Assembly: GCF_009914755.1 (NCBI RefSeq)
Contig: NC_060936.1
Length of the DNA stretch: 64,000 nt
From: the human T2T-CHM13v2.0 reference genome, Homo sapiens
Direction: 5' to 3' (one strand)
Below are positions 29,201-41,979 of the stretch, in pieces. Positions within the stretch are counted from its first letter, which is position 1, and each line of letters begins with the position of its first letter. A program made the translations under genes and the position numbers. The notes below the pieces were generated by a model. The model had not been told where the DNA came from and made no database searches. It saw only the letters and a list, made by a program, of their open reading frames with translations.

Positions 29201-30554
29201 ATACTTAACCAGGATGAAAAAAATAATGAAGAGCTACCTAAGAAGAATAACTGGGCTCTGATCTTGGTGAAAACCATCTTTGTTTTTCACCTTCCTGTTT
29301 ATTGGTCTTTACAAGAGTTGTTGTGAAAGGCATTTCATTCTTTCCTGTCCTCCAGTACCTGACCACATGCCAATACCTCTTCTTCCTGCAATAATAGGAA
29401 GGGAAAGGGCTTTCCTTGGCAACATTAGGTCATAGTCCTCCCCAGGAAGAAAGGTCTGTCTGGATCATTAACGGGCATAGACTATTTTTAGCTAAGGAAA
29501 ACAATTTTTCTTGTAAGAATTGCTATTTCCGTGCTCAGGGCAGCACATGCATCCTTTCTGGCTGCTTCCACCCATTGGCAAGGGGCCAGCTCTCTAATGG
29601 AATGTGAGCAGTCTTACTGCTAATCAAGATTTATGGTGGAGACCAGGACGCCTGGCCGCTCATTGGATTTGCAGACCCTCCAAGCTAACAGCGGCAGCCT
29701 TGAGATTAAGTGCAATGCAGAGGCTCTGGTGCTGTTCCCAGGCCCTCCCTTCTTCTCTGGGGCCAGCTTCTTAGCCACAGGTATCATCTGGCATTATTTT
29801 ATAAGCTGTGCCATAGTGCAGATGTTCTTTTCTGAGGAATTACTTTCATTTCTGACTCATTTCAGGAAATGAGACAGTCTATCAGAGGTATTCTTCATTT
29901 CCAGACCCCTGGAGAGTTCATTTTCACCTGGGATTTCTAACCACATGGGGGCAGTGCTTTATTTACCCAGATGTGAGAAATAACAGTAATGAATAGTCTT
30001 CTTCTAAGGCAGCCCTTACTTCCCTGCAGAATCCAGTGTGAAGGCCCAGAGGTAGCTTATGCCCTTATTAGTGTAAATATTTCTGAGGCTTTGGTTTTGT
30101 GATGCTTGTGGACATGCTGTGTGTATGGGCTTTGGTGCAGGAAAAACATAATTTAGCAACAGATTTAAAAGGTAGTCTGGAGTGTTTCTAATTACTGTTT
30201 GTTTAGTTCACCATTGCCTAATAAGTGGATTTAAGTAACCTCGGGGGTAGGGAATGTAATGTTCATATTACAGTCAACCATGCAAATCAATTTCTAACTA
30301 AGTATTGCAGAGAACACACCGTGGAGCCATTTTATAGAAGTATTCCATTGAATCTTAAATTTAGACCTGAGAGCATTTTGGATTGGGCATTTCCCACTGG
30401 TTGATGCACACAGCCATGTGTGGTACAGTCCCGTTTAAGATCCTTCGGTGGCCTTTGGCATTTAGTTTTCTTGTTAATTCAATGTAGTTTTCTTTTTAAT
30501 TTTCCCATCCTTCATTGACCATAATAGGGAACTGAAGTATTAAGAGGGCCCAGA

Positions 30555-30920
30555 ACAGTAGTTGTCAACCTTGGTTGTAGCTTGGCATCATTCTGGGAAC
30601 TTTGAAATTACTGATGCCTGAGGCCACCTCCAGAGATCTGGTTTAATTATTGGAATGCAGCCTCCACTGGGATTTCTAAAAGCTCCCAGAAGATGTTATT
30701 GTGCACCAGGGGTAGTGAACCACAGACCTGAGATGTCAGGGTCCTGAGAGCTCATCTCATCCAGTGGTTCTCAGCCCTGGCTGCAGATTAGCATCATCTG
30801 GAGAGCTCATGAAAGAAGCACTGAGGTCCCACCACCTGAAACGACCTTTCAGAGGAAGGAGCCATTCTTTTTAGAAGGTGCTCAGGTGATTTTGATGCAC
30901 AGCAAGAGTTAAGGTTAACT
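30555..30920. mobile_element. Two adjacent MER5-like hAT elements (about 30555-30725 and 30762-30920), the second interrupting a MIR
   Basis: cagtagttgtcaaccttgg...gaaccacag and cagtggttctcagccctggctgcagattagcatcatctggagagct. MIR sequence resumes at ttatagataaggaaaatgag. Confidence 0.7.
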
Positions 30921-31084
30921 GACATCTTAGCCATCCCATGTTATAGATAAGGAAAATGAGAGCAAAAATGGTCAAATGGCTTGTACGAGGTCAGGTCCTT
31001 GTTGTTACAGAGGCAGGTCTGATGCCGCCTCCTGCTCTGTCTGCAGCCTAACACCATCCCTTATATTGGCCTATTGTATTTATT

Positions 31085-31306
31085 GATGCCTCCTCATCCT
31101 TCAGGTGATGTTCCTGCCTCCAGGAGGCCTTTTCTGACTCCTCATACTCACCTCCCATCCAGCCTGGGTAAGATCCCCTTCCTTTGTATTTGAACAGCAT
31201 CCTTCCTTCTTTTTCCCCTCCGACTGTCAGTTCCGGGAGAACAGGCCTGTCTTTCCTGTTATTTCTGTAACAGTAGTGGGGTTTCAGATAATATTTGTTG
31301 AATTGA
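31085..31306 (+). mobile_element. L2 3' end hosting the ANO6 cassette exon
   Basis: ctcatccttcagg...cctccaggaggccttttctgac...gactgtcagttcc...atatttgttgaattgaa follows the recalled L2c/d 3' consensus. Confidence 0.7.
31105..31167 (+). CDS. ANO6: ANO6 alternative 63-nt cassette exon adding 21 aa (GDVPASRRPFLTPHTHLPSSL)
   Basis: Acceptor cctcctcatccttcAG|G and donor TGG|GTAAGA. Symmetric phase 1/1 with no stop in frame. Matches the recalled 21-aa insertion in the longer ANO6 isoform. Confidence 0.88.
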
Positions 31307-31403
31307 AGTTCTGTAACTTTTTATTCCTCAGTCCACATGGATTGCTGAAAATAATCCATTCCTATATGCATGCTTCAGAAAAGAACTTCAGAAAGCAAAA
31401 GTT

Positions 31404-31661
31404 ATTTTTTTTTTGAGACAGTCTCACTCCGTCACCCATGCTGGAGTGCAGTGGTGCAATCTCAGCTCACTGCAACCTCTGCTTCCCAAGTAGCTGGAAT
31501 TACAGGTGCATGCCACCACACCCAGCTAATTTTTGTATTTTTAGTAGAGACAGGGTTTTGCTATGTTGACCTGGCTGGTCTTGAACTCCTGACCTCAAGT
31601 GATCCACCCACCTCGGCCTCCCAAAGTGTGGGGATTACAGGTGTGGGCCACCATGCCCGGC
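31404..31661 (-). mobile_element. Alu with a right-arm deletion
   Basis: TSD gcaaaagttattt. Confidence 0.9.
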
Positions 31662-31940
31662 TGCAAAAGTTATTTCTTACCTGTCTATGGCTCACTGTAC
31701 TATGGGCCAGGATCTTAAAAGCAAGAAGGACTTCCCACCCTGCCTTCCAGGAGAGAGAGTTTTAGCAAAAAATGTTTGGCAAGGATATTTTGATGACAAA
31801 ATAATGAAAACAAGATTTCAGTGACCTTACATGTTACTCAAGCTATGTACAACATCCAGGGACCTTCGAATAACATACAAATGTATATGGCATAACAAAA
31901 GGGAGTATTGTGGCATTACCTAACAACAAAAAGTTGTCTG

Positions 31941-32055
31941 AAGTAAATGATGCTATTTTATAAATATACATTTTAAGGACTGAATTATTATTTGGTGCAA
32001 AAGTAAATGATGCTATTTATAAAAATACATTTTAAGGACTGATTATTTGATGCAA
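31941..32055 (+). repeat. Imperfect tandem duplication (60-nt and 55-nt units)
   Basis: aagtaaatgatgctattt...ttttaaggactga...tgcaa occurs at 31941 and again at 32001. Confidence 0.92.
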
Positions 32056-32120
32056 AAGTAAAAGTAATTGTCATTACTTTTAATAGCAAAAAGTACAATT
32101 ACTTTTGCACCAATCTATAA
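32044..32120. mobile_element. MADE1 (Hsmar1 mariner MITE), degenerate
   Basis: tgcaaaagtaa...cattacttttaatagcaaaaagtacaattacttttgcaccaatcta. Confidence 0.85.
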
Positions 32121-33289
32121 TATTTTAAAGCAGCCACATTCTGTTAGTATAGCTGAATTAAATCCTTTGGCTTCTTTGGATTAATATGTTTTGTCTTTTC
32201 AAATGATTTTTAAAAACTCTATCTTCTGTCATTGCAGTGTACTTAGGATCATCCTTGGCCAATGTTCTATTTTTACTGGAAAAATATTTTCAGATTTGCA
32301 CTATTTACATTTACCCTTGTAGCTGTACCAGAGACTTTTCTGTAAAAGCAAGATCACAGCTAGTATCTGCTTAGCCTACAGGTGGCCAGGAAGCTCACTG
32401 CTGAGATGCTGAAAAGTAATAATTTTCTTGGGTGAAAAATACATAGTTAAAATTTTTTGGAACTAAAACTGCAAACTGGGCCTCGTTGTAGAGTAGACCC
32501 CAAGATGTTAAGATGGTGCAAACAGGACAGAATAATAATTGAAATGTGAAGAACCTCTTTGAAATCCTAAGTCTTCATACTTTCATGCATTATTTTTAAG
32601 AGCCTTCATATTGGAGAGCAAATGGTAATGTGGCAGTGTGGAAGTAAAGTCACCATATATCATGGAAAATCTTCCTAAAACAAATATTCTTGAAACTTTC
32701 AAGATAAAGCAAATCAATTTAGTTGGAGGTAAATATAAAACGTTTTTATATTAAATAACTTTTATTGTTTAAAGATGCAAATTTTTTGTGAAGATAAAAC
32801 ATGAAGATTTGAAGAACCACCTTTTTGGGTTTTTTTTTTCTTTTCTTTTTTTTTTGCTGCTATGTAGGTGAAAAATTTAACAAAAACTACTAATGAGTAA
32901 CCAACTTCTATCACACAAACTTCAGAGGCTCAGCAGTGCATTCTGGAAGTGAAGAGAAGGGTCAGGAGAGAAAAAAGGGTTTTTTAAATATGTAAGACTG
33001 CATTTTCAGTGTTTTCATCTATGTCCTGTCATCAAACTTTTATAACTACCCTGCAAATTAGGATTTATTCTGACCAGATTTTTACATTTACCTGTTCACT
33101 AGAGAGAGGAGCCAAAATTTAAATCCAAGTAAGTCTGATGTCCTTGTGTTTTTACACTGAATATGGCCTCTCATGTCATAAGAAGAGAGAATTCTCCAGA
33201 AGAGACATTATTAACTATGAGCGTTTACCATGCTGGTGGAAGAGGGCTGGCTTTAGCTTCCCTTAGAGTTCTTAATAAACACAAATAAG

Positions 33290-33980
33290 TTGATGAGAAA
33301 AAGTGTTGGCAGTGGTATGGAAAAAAGGGAATCCTTGTAAACCATTGGGAATATAAATTGCATAACCATTATGGAAAACAGTATGAAGATTCTAAAAACA
33401 AAAATCAAAAATAGAACTACCACATGATCCTGCAGTCCCACTTCTGAGTATATACCCAAAGGGAATGATCTTAGTATCTTGAAGAGACATTCACACTTTT
33501 GTGTTCATTGCAGCATAATTCACAATAGTCAAGATATGGAAACAACCTAAGTATCCATTGATGGATGAATGGATAAAGAAATTTTGGTCCATATATACAG
33601 TGGAATGTTATTCAGCCTTAAAAAAGAAGGAAATCCTGCCATTTGTGACAACATGGATGAACCTGGGAGAAGTTATGCTAAGTGAAATAAGCCAGACACA
33701 GAAAGACAAATACTGTTTGACCTCACTTACATGTGAAATCTAAAACAGTCATAAAACCAGAGAATAGAACAGTGATTGCCGGGGGGCTGGGGGAAATGAG
33801 ACATGTTGGTCAAAGGGTACAGAGTTTAAGTTAAAGAGGACTAAGTTCTGGGGATCTAATGTACAGTATGAATGGTGATGGAGTGTGTTAATTTGATTGT
33901 GGTAATTGTTACACAGTGTATATCAAATCACATTGTACACCTTGAATATATTCAATCTTTGTCAGTTAAATATTTTAAAA
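33290..33980 (+). mobile_element. L1MA/MB 3' end
   Basis: caacctaagtatccattgatggatgaatggataaag and gaaatcctgccatttgtgacaacatggatgaacctgg. Confidence 0.88.
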
Positions 33981-34119
33981 TGGAAGAAAGGATGGCCAAT
34001 TTTGATCAAAAGTCATATAGTCAGATAGAATTTTGTGATCTGACTCCCAGAAACTACACATTTGATTTGGGGAAGGCAGCCAAGCAAAATAGTTGATAAT
34101 TTGCTCTTTTCGTTTGATT

Positions 34120-34230
34120 CCTAGGTTTGAGAATCTTGGCTTTCCTACCTACTAGCTGTGTGATTTTGGGCAAGTCACTTAACCTCTTTGTGCCTTAGTT
34201 TCCTCATTGGTAAAATGGGAATGATAAAAC
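34120..34230 (+). mobile_element. MIR core
   Basis: actagctgtgtgattttgggcaagtcacttaacctctttgtgccttagtttcctcattggtaaaatggg. Confidence 0.85.
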
Positions 34231-34589
34231 TTGATTGCTATTGATTTTCTTCTCACATGCTGTGAGTTAGAAAAATGTAGGAATTTGTAGAATGGTTCTG
34301 TTCTGCTCCAACAAATTGGGTTCTTTGCTGTGAGCCTTGGTCTGCTTCCTATTTACGCCTCCCCATTAGAGCCATTTCTATTTCACAGGCACAGGGATCT
34401 CTTCTGTTGCTTCCTGGGAGAATCCTGAAGGAGGCTTGCCATGGGGTGAGGCTTCCTTGGAAACAGAGGCATAGTGTTCTAAATGAACTGAGGGTTACTA
34501 AGTGGTCTGAATACACTTATGGGTAAGGAATGTTATCACAGAGGATTGTTCATTCATCATGAGTCACAGAGCCTCCCAGAACTTTCTCT

Positions 34590-37420
34590 TGGAGCTCATG
34601 CTTATCTCAGCAGCACGGGGCACAACTGACCACTCCCTGCTTCCTGAAATTCTTTTTTTACTTGGCTTCATGATGCTACTTTATCTTGATTCTGCTCACT
34701 GCTCACTTGTTCTTTCCCAATCTCTCCTGCTGGATCCTTCTCTTCTTCTGGCCCCTAAACTTTGGAGCACCCAGGGCTTAGTGCCCTGACCCTCTTCCCC
34801 ATCTCCACTCCTTAGGTGATCTCATTCATTTGCAAGGCCCTGAATGCCATCTGTATGTGGATGACTTCCACATACTTATGTCCACTCCTTATCTCTCCCT
34901 TGCTTTACAGCTGTCGGCTTTACTTCTTCACTTAGTTGTTTAGTAGATGAGTTGAACTTAACATTTCCAAAACCAAATTCTTGATTTGTTTCGTGAGTCT
35001 ATACTTCCTCCATTGTTTTAACCTATGCAGTGATACCACCTAGTCACTCAGGCCCCAAAGCTGAAGTCATCCTTGATTCCTGCCTTTCTGTGACACCTCG
35101 TATTCTCAAATTCAAGCACCCAACATCCCCTGCGCCCACACCTAAATCGGAGCCCAGGCCACTACTAAGTTTTGCAAGGACTCCTGTAGTCGCTTCCTGC
35201 CACCATTCATGCACCGCTTGGTCTGAGTTCATAGAACAGTCACAGTGATCCTTCTCTTTTACACCTTTATACTGTCTGTAGTGGCTCCTCTACAAACAGT
35301 ATAAAATTCAAACTCTTGGCCATGTACTGTAAGGCCTCTGCTACCTCTCCATCCTCTTCTCTTCCTGCTCTGCGTGTCTCTTAACTGTGCTCTAGCCACA
35401 CCTGTCCCTTGACATGTCACTCCTTGCCTGGCCACTATCCTCATCATCCTCTCCACCCTCTCTCACCTCCCAACTCCTTTCTCATCTAGGATGCTTGCTG
35501 CTGCACTTCCTTCAGTTCTCACTTGAATGTCACCTACTCAGAGCTGTCACCCCTGACTTATCTATCTAAAATGTCACTGTTACTCTGTATCCTCTTAACC
35601 TGCTTTGTCTTCAAAACATTTATCTCCAACTGAAATTAGTATATGTACATTTGTTTGTTGTCTCTATCCCAGTAGATTGTAAGCTCTGTAAGGACATTGA
35701 TCCTGGTGCTCGATAAGTTGTATGACTGAAGGAGTTAGTAAATTAATGCTCTGGAATCCCTGTGTTAAAAATACTAAAGAATCAAACACCTTTCTCTAGA
35801 CCCTTAGATCCGTCTCCATCTCTTACCCTGTTTCTCTGTCTCCTTTTATTTATTTTTTTATGTTTATTTTTTGAGATGGAATCTTGCTCTGTCGCCCAGG
35901 CTGGAGTGCAGTAGCGCCATCTCGGCTCACTGCAACCTCTGACTCCTGGGTTCAAGCAGTTCCCTGCCTCAGCCTCCCAAGTAGCTGGGATTACAGGCAC
36001 CCGCCCCCACACCTGGCTAATTTTTGTATTTTTAGTAGAGATGGGGTTTCACCACATTGGCCAGGCTGGTCTCGAACTCCTGACCTCATGATCCACACGC
36101 CTCGACCTCCCAAAGTGCTGGGATTACAGGCATGAGCCACCATGCCCGGCCTGTCTGTCTCCTTTTAAAGCAAAACTTCTAAAATGTTGCCTACATGTAC
36201 TACAGCTTCTTCATTACTCATTTATTTTTCAATCTGTTACGTATGGTGTCTTTTCCCATCACTCTTCTGAAATTGATTGTGGCAGAGTCATTCAAGATCT
36301 GTGTGTTGCTGCTTCCAATGGATACGTTTCTATCTTACTGGATCTCTGAGTGGCTTTAAGCAGTTTTCTATTGCCTTCTTGAAATTACCTTCTAACTTGG
36401 CCTTCCCCCTTCCCTACTGGCCATTTCTTGATCCTCTACTGGCATTTCCTTCATTACTTGGCCTCCTGGGAATGTTGAGAATTCTTCATGCTATGGTTTA
36501 AGCCATACCTCTTCTGTCTACATGCTCATCTATTTCAGGGGCTTTAAATACCATTAATTTGCTGACTCTCCAAGGTGTATATCTCCAACACTGAGCTCTT
36601 CTGAGTTCTAGACACCGTACCCTCCTCCCTCCTTGACAGCACTCCTGGATGGATGTCTCATGTTCAGGGAGGAACTCTTGATTTGCTTCCATGTCCCATC
36701 TACCCCATCCTGCCTCTGCGCTCTGTGTCTTCACCATCTCAGTAAATGGTACCACCATCCTTCCAATTTACAAAGTCAGAAACCTGTATATCATCCTTGG
36801 TTTCTCTTCTATTGTCCTTCCTCTCCCCCCAGTACTTCTACCTTCAAAATGATTTTGAGTATCTTCTCTGTCTCCACTACTATCATCTTAGGCCAGCTTC
36901 GTCACCTGGACTTCAACATTAGTCTAATGACTGGGTCTGTCGTTTCCACTCCTGCCACAGAAGTATGCTCTGTGATGCTGTGGTGCCATCCCATTGTTTA
37001 CCTGTCAGTGTTTACCTCACTTGTTCCCCAGCCTCTCATGTCTTCACTGCCCTGCAGTCACACCGATCTTTGATCATATCTTTGAGCACACCAAGATACT
37101 TTCTGCTTCAGAACTATGGTCTTGTTTTTTCTTTTTCCTTGCATGCTCTTTTTTTTAGCCCTGCATAGCCAACTCCTCATACTTCATGTCTCAAATATCA
37201 CCCCTCAGGGAGGCTCCTGTGACCCACCCTACCCGAAATACTTCCATCTCTTAATCTCTGCTATATCAACTTGTTTATTTCCTTCATATCTCCAAGCAGA
37301 GTCAGTTATTTTAAAAGTACTTATATTTAGTTTTTATTGTGGAATATAAGCTTCCTAAAAAGGGACATTTTCTGTTTTATCTTCTGCATCTAGCACGTGC
37401 CTGGCATATAGTAGGTGCCA
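34590..37420 (+). mobile_element. Cluster of L2 3' segments interrupted by an Alu
   Basis: ctgaccactccctgcttcctgaaa, ccatctgtatgtggatgacttccaca and tagcacgtgcctggcatatagtaggtgcc. Confidence 0.78.
35842..36152 (-). mobile_element. AluS-like
   Basis: TSD ctgtctcctttta. Confidence 0.92.
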
Positions 37421-37489
37421 GAACAGTGATTCTTACGTTTATATGTGTTCATGCCATGAGCTCCCCGCCTTTTTTAATTGGGGGAGAAA

Positions 37490-39960
37490 TGAAAAGTTTT
37501 TATTTTAGTCAAAGTTTTACATAATTAGTTAGAATGTTTACATAACTCAAAAATTAAATAATGTTGCAGGTTTTGTTATGAAAACCAGCTGCATCACCTT
37601 TTCTGTTCGCTGTTCCCCAGAGGCCAGGATTTTTAACTGTAGCTGATTCTTTTAGTAATTACCTCTATATCTCTGGTTAACATAATTAAATTATAATTTA
37701 TCTATTTTTCAGTTTTAGGCATTATCTATTGATGCAGAAGTATTTAGCTCTTTTTCACCTACTCCAGCCCCCTTCCCTTCTCTCACAAACTTTCCCAACC
37801 CCATTCCCTCAATTGTAATTGTGTTATAATTTTGGTAAGATCAGTATGCAGTGTTTACTTTATTATAACTATGTAATACTTTCCACAGATGAGCTATATA
37901 ATATAGTTTGATTACTTTTCCTCTGGAGACTGTACAGCAGATACTGATATTATTAGTTTTTCATATAGTTATGAATAATTCAACCTCACACTTTTACCCA
38001 ATTGTAAATCTCCTCTCAGTGTAATCAGCCATGCATGGAATCCTGTCAAATTCATCCTTTGGGGGAGATTCCTCCCACAGCCTTCTGATCTCCTCCACGC
38101 TGCCCAGGTTGGTCTTTAGACCTTAGCCGAGTGAGGGATTCCTTTTCACCACCATCCTGAGAACTTGTATTGGAGCCCTACATTTATGTCTTATTTTTTG
38201 TTGGTTTACTATTTTATTTTGATGGAGCATATTTCTCAGTGTCTTATGTAGAAAGGGTTAAAGGCAGGTAATTTTTTTTTAAACTTGCGGGTCTGACAAT
38301 GCTTGTATTTTTCTCTGGCTTTCAGTTGACAGCTTGACTAAGTATATAATTCAAAGGTGGAAATTATCTGCTCTCAGAATTTTGAAGCCTTCTACTTTTA
38401 GGAGTTGCTCTTGAAAAGTTCCTGCCATTCTGACTTATGATCCTTTGTATGAAAAACTTTTCCGCTCTGGAATTTTGTGGATTTTTTTCTTTGAACGCAG
38501 TACTTAGAAATTCCATAATGATTAGTATGGTGGAAACTCAGGAGACCCTTTCACTATGGCAAGCCCCACCCAATTCATTTTTTTAAGTTAAAAAAATTAT
38601 TATATGTATTTTTTAGAGATAGGGTCTTGCTCTGTTGCCCAGGCTGGAGTAGGTGGCACAATCATAGCTCATTCCACCCTCAAACTCCTAGCTCAAGATA
38701 TCCTCCCCGCTCAAACCACCCTCCACCTCGTAGCTAAGACTATATGCATGCACCACACCTGGCTAATTTTTAAATTTTTTTGTAGAGACAGGGTCTCTCT
38801 GTGTTGCCCAGGCTGGTCTGGAACTCTAGGCCTTAAGTGATCCTCCCCACCTTAGCCCCCAGAGTGCTGGGATTACAGGTGTGAGCCACCGTGCCCAACC
38901 CCCAACTCCATTTTTTAAAGGAAAAAAGTGTCCTTCAGTTTGTTTTCAGTCGTGGGAGAAAGGTGTTCTTTAATTCCTAATCCTTTTCAATTTGGGGAAA
39001 TTTCTTTGACAGTTACTTGCCTTCCATTTTGTCTAATCCATGAATACGTCTGTTATTTGGATATTGGCTATCCTGAATTGGTTCTCCAATTTTCCATGTT
39101 TCCTATTTTTCACCTCTTTTTGCTTAACTTTATTGAACATTTCCTGAATTTTATCTTTCAAGCCTTCTGTATCATTTTAATTTCCAAAAGCTCTTTTTTT
39201 TATTCTTTGACTATTTCTCTCTTTCTCCCTCTCTCCCTTTGGTAACATCTTGTCCTTATTTCATGGATGCACTTTTCTCAATCTCTGATGATGCAAGAGT
39301 TTTTTGTTGTTTGTTTTAAGCGTCTTTTTCATGTGATTTCTCCCTCTTCACCAAGTTGCTTTGCTGTTTCTCTGTTAGATGCCCTCTCAGTGTCTGGGAA
39401 GTCTTGTCCCTTCTAATTTTTGAGTAGCTGTCTAGAAAGATGGCTGGAAGTTCTGTAGTAGTGGATGGCATTTGGCAATTATGCACTTCACTTTAGGGTG
39501 ACCTGTTTGGCTGTTTGTTTAGGAAACTCTGTTAGTAATTTTAGGCCGTCCCTCCACCCACCCCTCCAAGTTAATCAGACCAAGAGAAAATACAGCTAGT
39601 CAGAAAGCTAAGTAGAAGTCTAGGAGTCTCAACATTCAGCAGTAATCTTTTGTGTAATCTGTCTTTTCAGTATGGGATCCCCATCCTCAACTGTGCCTAG
39701 TATCCTCTTGTCTGAAGAGCCTCTGTTCACTCTTTCCAGAGAATACCTTTCAAGTCTTTTCCTAGGTAGGGTGGGGTTGGGAGGCAACCACTTGTCTTTA
39801 AGCCTTGAGGAAGGGAATCTGGAGGTCCAACTCCTCAATAAACAGACTTACGACCATTCTCCTGCCCTACCTTCAGTCCCACTTCCAGAGGAGCCTGTGC
39901 TGCCAGCCTCTTGAGGGCTTATAATTTAAATGAAATTGCTTCGAGGCTTTCCTATTTTAG
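37490..39960 (-). mobile_element. Highly degraded L1M fragments with an AluJ insertion (about 38605-38900)
   Basis: T-rich L1M-like tracts (ctctcagaattttgaag, gccattctgacttatgatcctttgtatg). The Alu is clear, but the L1M boundaries are uncertain. Confidence 0.5.
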
Positions 39961-41497
39961 TATTTAGCTTTCTCCAATTGGCTAAGTAGTTGCACTTGCC
40001 TAACACAATGTCTCCCCAAATTGTGTTACTGTCTCTCCTCCTCTATTTTCTTTGTCTTTATTGGTTTATGTTCTGGTAGTACTTGAGGAGGGGGCAGAGC
40101 TAAATGCATATATTCAGTCTTCCATCTTTAAATAAAGTTTCACCGACATGAGTTTTTAATTGTTTACAAGGCATTTGATCACACTTCTGAAACAAATTTC
40201 TGTGTGACCTCTGAGTCCCCATTTCACCGTAATTCTTTTGTTACATTATGGGGCGAGTACGTGGAAAGCCCCTGGGTCAGTGTTTAGGACACTTGGGTTC
40301 CATTCCCACATTTGCTACAAACTCTTTAATCCTGGGCATCCTGCCTTGTCATTATTTCTGTTCCATAAGACTAAGGAATTAAAAATGATTTTAAGATCTC
40401 TTTTTACGCATAGATTTATTTCCAAGAAGTTGAGATAATTGTATGTAACTGAACACCGGAATAGGAAACAGAGTTGTGGCAGCCAGTTGAAGAAATGTGA
40501 AGTTAAGTTTCTCCTTGTATTTTTTAGTCAGTCTCAGTAATTCTGACATTTTCAAAGTCAGGTAAAATTGCAACCCACATTTCATGAACAAGAGCTGTTA
40601 AAAGGTTAAAAATTGTGGATTTTTTTTCCTCTGGGCTATTTTCAGCTGATAACAGTTCAGCTCCAAAGCACACTTGGATTCATGTTCTCAATAGCCAGAT
40701 AAAATGTTAGTTTTGAACAGAAGAACAGGAAAGATAATAGAGGTCTATTTTTTCCCCTTTTGCCCTCTGGCAAGGATGGCCATCCTGGGAGCACCCATCA
40801 GGAAATGTGTCCTTCCCATCAAAGCCATGTTTGAAAAGATAATACGCCCATCTCTGTATATTTTTTTTCTCTTTTCTAAGTTGCTGCTTCTCAGCTGGAT
40901 GGAAAGACAAAGTGGACATGGCATGTCACCGTGACTTTGAGTGACGAGTTTGATCAGTAACCCAGTGTGCTCAGCTGTGGTCAGTACAATGACTGAGGAG
41001 AAAATGTGGTTGTGAGATCAGTGACCCTGTGGCCTACAGACCAAAGGGCAGTGCTTCACAAATTGCCATGTACATGGGACCCAACCCCTCACCAATTACT
41101 AGCACAGAATCTCCATCAGGCAAGGTGTAGGAATCATTTTGCATAGTTCTCCTGGTTATTGTTACACATTTGATTCTTGCACTGATTCTGGGAAAACATT
41201 GCCTTGGGACAGGAAGCCAAAAAGAAAATTGGAGTCTTGAATATTTACAGAGCTCAGAAGAAAAACCCAGCAGAATGGAAACTGATCCTGGCACACCGAG
41301 TCAGCAGATGCTCTCCTATCAGTCACAGAAACTGTTTCAAACTCTCACTGTCTTCCTTTATTCCACACCCTCTTGGCCTCTCAGTAGATCATTTTCTTAA
41401 ATCAGAAAGGAAAGGAAACCTGCAGGGGCTACTGCCTCAACTTCTTTTATCTCCCTTCCTCCAAAAATGCATATACATTGTGTGCATGTAAATTGTA

Positions 41498-41512
41498 TCA
41501 TATATGTGTTTT

Positions 41513-41545
<33 letters not shown>

Positions 41546-41580
41546 TATATGTATATTTTATATATAATGCATATATAAAT
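41498..41580 (+). repeat. Compound (TA)n(GA)n low-complexity repeat
   Basis: Read directly. Confidence 0.85.
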
Positions 41581-41979
41581 GCATGTTTACATTCATCTTT
41601 GCTTCTCCCATCTGTCATCTTTCTGATAAATGTTAATGCCTTCACCTATGCCTCTCTCCATCAGTGATCCTCCTGTGTTTTTCTTTCACTGTTTTCCATC
41701 AACGTGTGTATGTGTATATGTGTGTGTGTGAATAGGTAATATGAATACAAGTTTCATCTTATAAAACAAGGCACAAAAAATGAACAAAAATATATCTTCC
41801 TCAACCCTACCTTATTTATTCATTTAGTAAATATGTATTAGGGTCAACTGTGTACAAAGATTCTGGCTAACTACTGAGGTTCTACAGCAAACTAAATAGG
41901 TACAGCTTCTGTCCTCATGATGCTTGTAGTCTCTTTTTAACCAGCCTTCTTTAAAAATCATTGGTCTTATTTTTTCCCA

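Noticed and set aside
31941-32120. Direct repeats resembling a CRISPR-like array
   Set aside because: Only two adjacent units with no spacers, in eukaryotic intronic context; explained by tandem duplication at a MADE1 end.
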